This document shows positions 37,669 to 50,100 of a DNA stretch of 64,000 nt, one piece after another. This DNA is from a virus (lineage: Duplodnaviria; Caudoviricetes), in IMG/VR virus record IMGVR_UViG_3300025121_000014, positions 32,001-96,000 of that record. One strand, 5' to 3'. Position numbers and translations under genes: made by a program. The notes under the pieces were generated by a model. That model worked only from the letters and a program-made list of their open reading frames with translations. It did not search any database and was not told where the DNA came from. Each line of letters starts with the position of its first letter. Position 1 is the stretch's first letter.

Positions 37669-40455
37669 TTGTTCACAATGTCATCTAAAAGAATTAAAAA
37701 TAAACAAATTTTAGTATCATCTAATTTTGATTTTAACAGTAATAGAATTATAAATTTATCAGAGCCAAGTGGAGTTACAGATGGTGCAACTAAAAATTAT
37801 GTTGATACAAGTATATTAGAATTTGCTGCAATACCTCATGAACCAACTGGTTTTCAAGTTAGTCAAAAGGAAGCATCTACAATATATGTTTCTGGTAATA
37901 CTTTTTATATTATGCCTATTGCTGAATCTTTTGATTATTATATTGCAGGTCAAAAGTTTACAAGTACTGGTGATACTATAACAATTACTAACGTTGAAGG
38001 TAATCATTTCTTTTATTTTAATGATGACGTTTTAACACAAACTACAACATTTAATAGTGATATTATTTTTACATACGCTTATGTTGCTGAATTATATTGG
38101 AATGTATCTGAACAAAGAGTTATTCATTTAGGTGAAGAACGACATGGATTAGTTATGGACGGTACTACTCATGCATATTTACATAATAAATTTGGAACAA
38201 CTTATATATCTGGTTTAGGTCTTGGTGATTTTACAATTACTGGTGCTGCAGCTTCATTAGATGAACATGCACAATTTTCTGTATCACAAGGTCAAATTTG
38301 GGACGAAGATATTATACATATAATAGAAGATAGTGCAACACAACAAATATCATTTCCTTTAAATTGTCCTGTATTTTATAGAAGTGGGACAACTTGGAAT
38401 TCATATACTGGTGGAACTTATGCAACTGGTAATACTTTTGCTATTATTAATTATGATTTTAATAATGCTAATTTATTAGCTTATAATTTAAATACTCTTG
38501 GTGATTGGTCATTAGTCGAAGTAGGTAATAATCAATTTGTTTTATCACATATATTTGCAACTAATGATGTTAATACACCAATAATTGCAATATTAGGTCA
38601 AGAAACTTACGCAACCGCAGGTGATGCTAGATCAGGAGCTAATGTAGAAATGGGTAATTTAATTACAAATGGGTTATCATTCCAAGAATTTGTACCAATG
38701 GCAACAGTAATATATCAAACTGCTTCTGCTTATACTAATACACCAAAAGCAAAAATTGTACAAACAGATTTAGGTGATAATTATGTAAATTGGTTAGGTC
38801 AATCATTATCACCAACTTCTGCACCATCGGATCACGGTTCATTAGGTGGATTAAATGATGATGACCATTTTCAATATGCATTATTAGCTGGTAGAGGTAA
38901 TGAAACATTAACTATCGATAAAGTTTCTGGTTTAGCTAATCCTACAAATGATACTGATGCTGTTAATTATGGATTTTTTAAAGATAATACTGTATCATCT
39001 GTAAGTGGAGGTACTTTTTTATCAGGTGTAACAATATTAGGCGATTTTCATGTATCAGGCACAACAACATTTGTAAATACACAACAATTAAATGTTGCAG
39101 ATAATATTATAACTATTAATAGTGGTGAAACTGGTGCAGGTGTTACTTATACACAAGCTGGTATTCAAGTAGATAGAGGTTCATTAGACCCATATATTTT
39201 TATATTTAATGAAGTAAATGATACATTTAGAATTGGTCAAGCAACTATAGATACACCAAATACATTTGATTTAACTGATACACAGGCTGTTGCAACACGT
39301 GAAGATTTACCAATATTAGGTGGTATTCCTTATTGGAATTATGATATATCTAGATATGATACAATAGGTGGATTTAAATATGATATTAATAATGATTTTA
39401 TATATTTAGGAAACTCAGTAAGTCCATTGACAGGTATTAGTATGTATACATTAAATACTACTATGGTTGGTAATATATGGTTAGATAATAGTGGAGTTAC
39501 ATTAAAAGCCACAAGTACATCTGCAACTAATTTTGCTATGACTAATACAACTATGATAATTAGTTCTGATTATGGTTCATTTGAAGGTATTAAATATGAT
39601 ATAGATTATTCAGCAAATTACACATCAAGAAGTTTAGTTGATTATAATTGGTTAACAACAACATTTTTATTAGATGGTAAAGGTACTACTGCTAATAATA
39701 GAACTATCGATTTAGGGGGAAGTATTACATCAGGTGAAACATTTATTATAACTTGTAATACAGAAAATAATTTTACCACAACGTTTACTTTAGGTGATAG
39801 TGGTAATGATCAAGCTAAAATGAATTATGTTATAAGCGGTGTTCATTCAGATGATCCAGAATTATCAGTATTAGCATATACTACTGAAACAGGTGAAGAA
39901 ACAAAATATCAAGTAATTAGTCAAGAACGTCAAGATAGCCCAGTATTATATAGAAATATTATTGAATTAGCAGCGGGTTCTGGTACAACATCAATGTCAT
40001 TTATTGTTGGTAGTGGTAATTTTAAAATATATGATAATAGAACTAGTGATACAAGAGGTATCGAATATGATTCCGATTATTCACCTTATTTTTCAAATAG
40101 ATCATTAATCGATAAAGATTATGTAGATGGCTTAAATACATTTATATTCCAAACACAAAGTGGAATTACAGGTAATACTATATTAGAATTTCAATGTCCA
40201 TTAAAATATAGAATTACATCTATTATAGCGGAAGAAACTATAGGTTTTATTGCAGGAAATGTATCAATAGGTATATCTGCTTGGTCAAATGAAATTGTAA
40301 ATAGTGAAACTATTGATGCTGATGATGTAATTGATTTACCGATTGGTCAAAAATTCTTCTCATTAGTAGCTAATACGGATATTTATGTTAGTTCTACTGC
40401 ATTTGGATCAGGTCAATTATCTCTTTATTTTAAATTTGAAAAAGTTGTAGAGTAA
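37669..40455 (+). CDS. Tail-fibre/virion protein
   Basis: DGATKNYVD, HGSLGGLNDDDHFQY and ADNIITINSGE...AGIQVDRG fibre motifs. C-terminal domain is shared with 40582 and 50611. Confidence 0.75.
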   Translation: MFTMSSKRIKNKQILVSSNFDFNSNRIINLSEPSGVTDGATKNYVDTSILEFAAIPHEPTGFQVSQKEASTIYVSGNTFYIMPIAESFDYYIAGQKFTSTGDTITITNVEGNHFFYFNDDVLTQTTTFNSDIIFTYAYVAELYWNVSEQRVIHLGEERHGLVMDGTTHAYLHNKFGTTYISGLGLGDFTITGAAASLDEHAQFSVSQGQIWDEDIIHIIEDSATQQISFPLNCPVFYRSGTTWNSYTGGTYATGNTFAIINYDFNNANLLAYNLNTLGDWSLVEVGNNQFVLSHIFATNDVNTPIIAILGQETYATAGDARSGANVEMGNLITNGLSFQEFVPMATVIYQTASAYTNTPKAKIVQTDLGDNYVNWLGQSLSPTSAPSDHGSLGGLNDDDHFQYALLAGRGNETLTIDKVSGLANPTNDTDAVNYGFFKDNTVSSVSGGTFLSGVTILGDFHVSGTTTFVNTQQLNVADNIITINSGETGAGVTYTQAGIQVDRGSLDPYIFIFNEVNDTFRIGQATIDTPNTFDLTDTQAVATREDLPILGGIPYWNYDISRYDTIGGFKYDINNDFIYLGNSVSPLTGISMYTLNTTMVGNIWLDNSGVTLKATSTSATNFAMTNTTMIISSDYGSFEGIKYDIDYSANYTSRSLVDYNWLTTTFLLDGKGTTANNRTIDLGGSITSGETFIITCNTENNFTTTFTLGDSGNDQAKMNYVISGVHSDDPELSVLAYTTETGEETKYQVISQERQDSPVLYRNIIELAAGSGTTSMSFIVGSGNFKIYDNRTSDTRGIEYDSDYSPYFSNRSLIDKDYVDGLNTFIFQTQSGITGNTILEFQCPLKYRITSIIAEETIGFIAGNVSIGISAWSNEIVNSETIDADDVIDLPIGQKFFSLVANTDIYVSSTAFGSGQLSLYFKFEKVVE

Positions 40456-40581
40456 AACTATGATTAAGATTTAATAGACAATATTTACCGATAAAAATTT
40501 TTATTATTTTTTTTGCTGTATTAATAATTTAATTTACTGATGTTATTATTTTAATATATAATAAAAAAGAAATTAAATCCA

Positions 40582-41160
40582 ATGGCTAAGAAAACCTATC
40601 CTATAATACATTTAAAAGATTTGTCAGATACACCTTCACCTACACCACCAGTAGGTTATGTATTTATTTATAGTAAATCAGATAATAGATTATATTTAAA
40701 AGATTCTGATGGTATAGAATCATTAGTTAGTGGTAGTATACAAAGTGCTTTAGATAGCGAAATGTCTGGGCTAATTGATAATGATATTATTAGATTTGAT
40801 GCCACTTTACAAAAATTTGTTAATGTTGCAGCATCTGAATATGATGGTTTATTAAGAATATCTGATACTAATATTTCAAGTGATAAACAATTAACAATTA
40901 TTATTCCTGCTGGTTATGTAATTGATGAATGTATTATTGTAGAAACATCTGGTTATACTGCGGGTAATATTTCTTTAGGTACATCAGTTGGAACAACTGA
41001 AATAATAAATAATTATACTATTAATGCTAATGATGATAAAATTGTACCAATAGGACAACAATATTTTAGTAGTGTAAATACTACAAATTTATATATTAGT
41101 AGCACTGCCTGGGGAGATGGTATTATTAATATTTATTTGTTAATAAAAAAGATACTATAA
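40582..41160 (+). CDS. Small virion protein made of cassettes shared with fibre genes
   Basis: C-terminal half (KFVNVAASEYD...AGNISLG...PIGQxYFS...LYISS..WG.G.INIYLL) is nearly identical to the C-terminus of 50611. Confidence 0.75.
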   Translation: MAKKTYPIIHLKDLSDTPSPTPPVGYVFIYSKSDNRLYLKDSDGIESLVSGSIQSALDSEMSGLIDNDIIRFDATLQKFVNVAASEYDGLLRISDTNISSDKQLTIIIPAGYVIDECIIVETSGYTAGNISLGTSVGTTEIINNYTINANDDKIVPIGQQYFSSVNTTNLYISSTAWGDGIINIYLLIKKIL

Positions 41161-41168
41161 AATAACAA

Positions 41169-44100
41169 ATGGCTGTATTATTAAATAATAATATTTCAAC
41201 TAATCAAAATGAAATAGTTTTAAAACATAATAGGGGAGTTGAATTAAGTGGGGGTACTGATGTAGTCACTTGGTCTTCTATTGAAACTGGTTGGGTATTT
41301 AAACAAGAAACAGAAGCCAATAGACCTACTTATAATGATACAGAAAAAGCAATTGAATTTAATGTTGATATTACACAATATTTGAGAGCTAATAAATCAT
41401 TTGATTATTCACAAAATTTTATATTCGATGGATATATAAAACTAAAACAAACTGGTTATACTATGGTATTCATATGGCAATATGATGATCCATATACAAA
41501 TAATTATATTGATTTACTTTATTTTTCACTTGGTTATTTTAAAGTAGGTGTATTAGGACAAGTAGTAAGATATCAACAAGCATTCGCTATTATACCAGAT
41601 TATTGGTATCATATATTAATTCAATATGATAGTGTTTCGTATACATTATTTGTAGATGGAAAATTTTATGCTTGTTATGAACTTGCACCTAGTGGTTATG
41701 CAACTGAAATGCCATTGGAAATTGGTAGAAGTAGCACCCCTTCACAAAGACCTGATTGTTATATTAGTCAAATATCTATAAAGAACGGATATAAAGATAT
41801 ATTTAGTGGTTGGAATGGTTCATCTCTAAATTATTCTGGTGGTGAACAAGTATTTACACCACCTCTAAGAATGGGAACAATTGTACCTATATTAGATTTA
41901 AAATCAGAACTTTATAAAAATCAAAATATTTTATATACAACTGGAAATTATGTTTACCAATGGAAAGATGAAGATGATAATATGGCGCTTCAACACGAAA
42001 TTGGTTATCAACCAATATATAATTTAACAAATGGATTAACATTTGATGGTGTAAATGATTTTATGTCAATTACACATAATGATAATTTTAATTTAGGTAC
42101 AAATGATTTTACTATAATTACTAAATTTTATATTAAATCATCTGCAAAATTAGATTATATATCATTATTAAGTAAAAAATTAAATAATAATAATTTAGGT
42201 TGGTATTTATATTTTAGAAATCAAAATGATGTAGATAGATATAAATTAGGTTTCGGTTATAGTGGGGAAACATATACAGATATTTTATCTTCTGAATTAG
42301 CTTATCTTGATACTTGGCACGAAGTATTAGTACAAGGGGATTCATTATATTTATCAATATTTGTTAATGGTTATTATGCAGGTAATATAAATAGAGAAAA
42401 AATATATGATTCTACTACTAATTTATTAATCGGAAAACACGATAGTACAAATGTAAGATTATTAAATGGTTATATTGATGAAATATCAATATTTCCATAT
42501 TATAGATACGATATTAGTGGTTTAACAGAAGGTGATTTTGTTTATGAACCATCATTAAGACAAAGTGCAGTAGCACCACCACCTAATTCAATAACATTTA
42601 TAACTAATAAATTCGGTAATTTTGAACCAGTCATTACTACAAATGATGCAAGTATAGGTACTTGGCAAGTTTTTGGTGTTGGAACACAAACATCTAATAA
42701 TCCATCATTTACATTAAATGGTGTGGATAGAACAGTATCTTTAACTATTGCAGATTATACAAGATTAACAAGTATTATTTGGGATGATGAAGCAATTAAA
42801 GGAACATTAGATATTTCTTATTTAACTGCTTTACAAGATACTATAAAATTAAATGATAACCCAACATTATCTACTATAATTTGGCCTACACTTTCACAAA
42901 ATATTACTACATTTTGGTTAAATGGTTGTGCTTTTGAAGAATTAAATTTAAGCAGTTTAACCACAATTAGAGGTGATTTAAGACTATGTAATAACCCAGA
43001 CTTATCTTCTATCACATTACCTCCAATAACAGCGTCAGTGATACGATTTGACCTTGATAACTGTAATTTCACTACTATTAACATAGGTAATTTACAAAAT
43101 TTAAGTGGAATACTTCAAATTCACGAAAATAATAATTTAGTTGGTATAACATTACCTTCAAGTTCTAATTTATTCTCTTTATTTAGTGCATATAATTGTA
43201 ATTTTACATCATTAAATTTAAGTAATTTAACAAATTTAGGAGGACAATTATTATTATCTGGTAATACAAGTTTATCGACTTTAACAATGCCTACTTATAG
43301 TGCAGTATTTACTGAAATTGATTTATCATATACAAGTTTAGGTGTAATTTCATGGGAAAATTTTACAGCAGATAATAGTAATATATTAATTAAAGTTAAT
43401 GATTGTTCATTAACACAAGATGAAGTTAATGAAACATTAGTAAAATTAGATACAGAAGGTTGGACTGGTGGAACATTATACATTGATGGAAACAATGCAG
43501 GACCTGATGTTGTTAGTGGTGGATTTGATGGAGTAGCTGCTAAAATTAGTTTAAGTGGAAAATCTTGGAATATTTATATAAATCCTGATAGAATACTTTT
43601 TGAATTTACAACAAATAAAACTGGTTCTATTACACCAGAAATACAAACTACATCTGATACTAGTAATTGGTATTTAAATGATGAATATTATCAAACAAAT
43701 AGTCCATCATTTACAGGATTAACTGGTGTTGAATTAGATGGTATAATGGAATTAGATGATTATAGTGTAGTTACTTATATTGATGTTAATAGTGATGATT
43801 TAATAAATCAATTAGATTTTTCTTTATTAACAAATACATCACAATATCGTTTTTATAGTAATAGTAATTTAACTGGTGTTACTTTTCCAATAACAAACAC
43901 TACTATAACTTATTTATATGGTTATTCTTGTAATTTAACTGGAACTTTAGATTTATCTACATTAACTGGATTAGGTGGTGATATTAAACTATATTCAAAT
44001 CCAAATTTAACTGAAATAATAAATCCTGTTAGTTCAGGATTAATTACATTCTATTATGCATATTCATGTAATTTAACTGGAACTTTAGATTTATCAGGAT

Positions 44101-47100
44101 TAACTGGATTAGGTGGAAGCTTTAGCGTTTATTTAAATGCTAATCTAACTGAAATTATAAATCCAGTAAGTTCAAAAACTTTTACAATATATTATGCATT
44201 TTCATGCAATTTAACTGGAACATTAGATTTATCTGGATTAACTGGATTAGGGGGTAATTTTAGAGTTTATTCAAATGCTAATCTAACTGAAATTATTAAT
44301 CCAGTAAGTAATAGACTAATAACTTACTACTATGCATTTTCATGCAATTTAACTGGAACTTTAGATTTATCAGGATTAACTGGATTAGGTGGTCAATTAT
44401 CTGTACGTTCGAACCCAAACTTAACTCAAATAATTAATCCAGTAAGTTCAAAAACTTTTACAATATATTCTGCCTATTCTTGCAATTTAACTGGAACTTT
44501 AGATTTATCAGGTCTAACTGGATTAGGTGGGAGTTTTTATGCATATAGTAATCCCAATTTAACTGATATTATTTTTCCATATACTGAAAATTCATTTACA
44601 AGTATAATGGCATATTCTTGTAATTTAGGATTATTAAATTGGGAAGTATTAGCAACAGGTGATACAAGTAATTATGTAGATATACAGTTACAAGACAATA
44701 ATATGACTACTACTGAAGTAAATGGTAATTTAGCTAAATTAAATGAAACTGGTTGGTTAAGTGGAATTTGTTATATTGATGGAACAAATGCTGGTATTGA
44801 TACTATATCTGGTGGTTTTAATGGTGTTCAAGCAAAAATAGATTTAGAAGAAAAAGGTTGGACTGTTTATACTAATGCCGAAATACCTACATTAATTCTA
44901 TATACTACAAAAACCGGAACATATTCACCATATATAACAACAGGTACTACTAATACTGCAACTTGGTTCTTACAAGGATATAATTCACAAATAACTAATA
45001 ACCCATCATTTACTGGTTTAACTGGACAATTTTTATATTCAGCCATACAAATATCTGATTTTAGTTATATTACTGGTTTAACAGCAAATAATCAAAACAT
45101 ATCAGGAACTTTAGATTTATCATTATTAACAAATTTATCATTATTTGATTTCGGTAATAATAATCAATTAAATAGAGTAATATATCCAAATGATACACAA
45201 CAAATTACTTTATTTGATTTTAGTTATTGTAATTTATATGGTGATTTAGATATTAGTAGTAATACAACAGGTATTATAAATTTAAGTGGTTTAACTGGAT
45301 TAAGTGGAGATATAAGATTTATATCTAATAATAATGTAATTGATATTATTTTTCCTGTATCATCAGAATTAATAACAAATCTAAATTTAAGTCAATGTGA
45401 TTTTACAAATTTAAATTTATCTAATTTATCTAATTTAAGTGGTGATATAAACTTATTTGGAAATGAATCATTAAGTGGATTAACATTACCTTCTACTACA
45501 CAAACTATAACATCAATTGATTTATCATATTGTGATTTAGGTATTATAAATTGGGAAATATTATCAAGCGGTTCAACTAATGATGATATTATTATTAGTA
45601 TGCAAAATAATAATATGTTATCAGAAGAAGTAAATGAAACATTAACAAAATTAGACATTTTAGAATGGTCTGGTGGAACATTAAATTTAGGTGGAAATAA
45701 TAATCCTATTGATTCTTTCTCTGGTGGTTATGATGGAATAATAGCATATAATAATTTATTAACTAAAAATTGGACAATAACTGTAAATACAGTATTATCT
45801 TTTACTACAAATAAAGTAGGTACATTTAGTCCATCTATTGTTATAAGTGGTTCAAGTATATCTACTTGGGGTTTAAGTGGTTATACATCACAAACAGGTT
45901 CAACAGCATCATTTACTGGTTTAACTGGCGATGAATTAAATGGATCATTATATATTAATGCATTTCCAACTATAACAGAAATAGATTTATATAATGAAAA
46001 TATAATAAATACATTAGATATAATTAAATTAACAGATACTACAATATTTAATTTATCATTTAATTCTGGTTTAACAAATATAAATAATCCTTCTAATAAT
46101 CAATCAATTGAAATATATTATGCTAATGATTGTAATTTAGAAATTTTAGATTTAAGTTCATTAATAAAATTAGGAGGTGATGTAAGATTACATAATAATT
46201 ATACTTTAAGTGGTATTACATTTCCTTCAAGTTCAGAAGCATTTACTAATTTACATCTTGATAATTGTGATTTCAGATTATTAGATTTAAGTAATTTAAC
46301 AGGATTGGGTGGTTCTGTTATATTAACAGGTAATACTAATTTAACAGGTGTTACATTTCCTAGTTCAAGTGAAGCATTTACATATTTATATTTAAATGAT
46401 GTTGATATAAATAGTACATTATTTTTAAATGATTTAAATGGATTAGCAGGTGATATTAGATTACAAAATAATAGTAATATGACTGCTGTTATTTTCCCTG
46501 AAAGTTCTGGTGTTACTACAAATTTATATATTGATAATTGTGATTTAACAGGATTATTATATTTAGATGGAATGACAGGATTAGCAGGTGATATTAGATT
46601 ATATAATAATTTAAATTTAACAGAAATTATATTCCCTATAAGTTCTAGTGTTATTACAAATTTATATGCTTATAGTTGTGATTTAACAGGAACATTAGAT
46701 TTAAGTACTATGACAGGATTAGGTGGTCTCATTAGATTCAATAATAATATTAACTTAAATAGTGTTATATTCCCTATATCAAATGAAACAACACAAAACC
46801 TATATGCTTATGGTTGTGATTTAACTGGAAATATAGATTTAAGTACAATGACAGGATTAGGTGGTGCTGTATATTTTCATAACAATACTAATTTAACAGG
46901 TATTACTTTTCCTACATCAAGCCAGTCTTTATCTTTATTATCTTTATATAATTGTAATTTAACAGGAACAATAGATTTAAGTGGATTAACAGGCTTACTG
47001 AGTGCATTTAGATGTTATAATAATCCATTATTAACAGATATTAATTTACCAGTAGTAACTGCGGCATTTACAACATTTGATGCATATTCTTGTGATTTAG

Positions 47101-50100
47101 GTGTAATTCAATGGTATAGATTATCTGGTGGAACATCAAATAATATAAATATCCAGTTACAAGATAATAATATGATTAGTGCAGAAGTAAATGAAAATTT
47201 ATATTTACTTGATCAAACAGGTTGGTTAAATGGTACTTGTACTATTAATGGCAATAATGAAGGTGCTGATACAAATTCAGGAGGATTTAATGGATTAGCA
47301 GCAAGGGATAATTTAGTAGCAAAAGGTTGGACAATAACAATTAATGCACCAAATGAAAGTGAAATTTTAACAATGACTTGGAATGTACCTTCTGGAACAT
47401 CAGTATCTATTCCTCAATTAAATGGGTATAATTATGATTATTATATTGATTGGGGTGACGGTAGTTCAGAAGAACATATAACAACATATGATGGCACAAG
47501 CCATAATTATACAGAAAGTGGTTTAACAGAAATTAAAATAGTAGGTACATGTGAAACATTATATTTTAATAATATTGCTACTGAAAGAACTTATGTTTCA
47601 GGTATTACACATTGGGGAAATACTCAGTTAAAAATAGTTAATTTTTATGGATGTAGTAATTTAGCAACATTACCAAGTGGTACAACAGAAGAAGCTAAAT
47701 TAACAGAAGTTACAACATTTACTAATTTATTTAGAGATTGTTATGCATTAACAGAAATACCTAATTTAATATTTAGTGGATGTACAATACCAACTGATTT
47801 TTCATATTTAATAAGAAATTCTGCTATTTCATCATTACCAAGTGGATTACTTGATGATTGTGTATCAGCTACTAATTTTTATTATGCATTAAGTAATAGT
47901 AGTTTAACTACTATTCTTAGTGGATTATTTGATAATTGCCCATTAATTAATAACGTTGCTAGTTTATTTCACGATGGTTCATCATTTACAACAATACCAT
48001 CTGGATTATTTGATAATTGTCCATTAATTACTAATTTTAGTTTTACTTTTTATAATACAGCAATAGATTGGATTCCTTCTGGTTTATTTGATAATAATCC
48101 ATTGGTTACAACTTTTTATAATACTTTTACTAGTTGTAATGCTTTAACGGGTATTACAGAAGGATTATTTAATAATAATGTTAATGTTCAAAGTTTTGGA
48201 TCTACATTTTATGGAAATATTGGCATATTGAGTATTCCTGATGGATTATTTGATTATTGTACAGGTGTTACTACTTTTGCATCAACATTTCAAAGTTGTG
48301 GAGGTTTAACAAATATCCCTTCTGGATTATTTGATAATTGCCCATTAGTTAATACTTTTGATTCTACTTTTTATTATGCAAATGGTATAACATCAATACC
48401 TACTAATTTATTTGATAATAATCCATTAGTTACAACTTTTGTGGCTACTTTCTTTTATTTACCATTAACATCAATTCCAACTGGATTATTTAATAATAAT
48501 CCTTTAGTAGAAAATTTTGGATCTACATTTTATGAATGTCCATTAACATCAATTCCAAGTGGGTTATTTGATAATTGTTCTGGTGTTACAACTTTTGCTG
48601 CAACATTTTATGGAACTAATATATCAATAATACCAACAGACTTATTTAATAGTCAAACAGGTGTTACTACTTTTGAATCAACATTTCAAGATTCAAATTT
48701 ATTGACTACTATACCATCAGATTTATTTGATACAAATTTAAATGTTGATACTTTTTATAGAACATTTTACTCTTGTGCAATTGTTTCTGGTGATGCTCCT
48801 GATTTATGGATAACACATTCAGGTGCAACTGGAACAGAATGTTTTGCAACTGATATAGAATTATATAATTATGAATTTATACCTACTGATTGGGGTGGAT
48901 TAGGTTATGAAGTAGCAGTATCATATACAACAAATGCACCAAGTACATTTACACCAAGTGTAACTTCTATTCAGACAGTGAATTGGAGTTTAAGTGGATT
49001 TAGTGACCAATTAACAAATAATGCAAATTTCACAGGATTATCTGGTGCAACTTTATATGGTGAATTATCGAATTCTAATATAACTGGAATTACTACAATT
49101 GATATGGCTGATGAATATTTAGTTGGAAATGTTAATTTAGTTGGTTTAACAAATGTTACTGATTTTGTGTTTTATGGAAATAGTGAATTAACAGGATTAA
49201 CATTTCCATCTACTAATGTAGTTATTACTAATATTCAATTATCTGGTTGTTCTCTTGGTGTATTAAATTGGGAAGATTTATCAGGTCAAACTTGTGATGA
49301 TATTATTATTAATATGGATGATAATAATATGACAACAGCCGAAGTAAATGAAACATTAGTATTATTAGATCAAACGACTTGGACTGGTGGTACAATTAGT
49401 TTAAGTGGTGCTAATGATGGTTATGATTCAGGTACAGGTGGTTTTGATGGTACTACTGCAATAGCTAATTTATTAGGAAAAGGTTGGAATGCAACTATAA
49501 ATCTAGCACATGTTGTAGAAATGGGTTATTGGAATGATGATGGTTTTTGGGTTGATACAAGTCCTTGGTTAGATGATACTTACGATCTTATTGAAGAATA
49601 TAGAACAGTATATAATTCAATGACAACTAAACCTAGTGAATCAGTTACATTAGCACAAAATACATTAGTTGAAAGTTTAGTAAATGCTGGGGTTTGGGAT
49701 AAATTAGATGTATTTTATAATTTTGCAAATGAAATTAATACTGCAGGTGAAGCACAAATAAATTGGAAAACTCCAGGTACACGTAACGCTACTTTGGTTA
49801 ATTCACCAATATTTACATCATTAGCAGGGTTTTCGACAAATGGTAGTAGTTCTTATATAAACACTAATTATACACCTAGTACACATCGTGTAAATTATTC
49901 ATTAAATAGTGCTTCTATGTTTGTATATCCTACAACAGTAACAGAACCATTAACACAATCTATGTATGATATTGGTGTGTTAGGAGGACCATCATCTGGG
50001 TATATTTCGGCTAATTTTTATAGTGATAATATGGCCAGGGTTGAATTAAATACAAACGTAGATTGGACTGTTTCTTCATCACAGTATACAGGATTTTTTG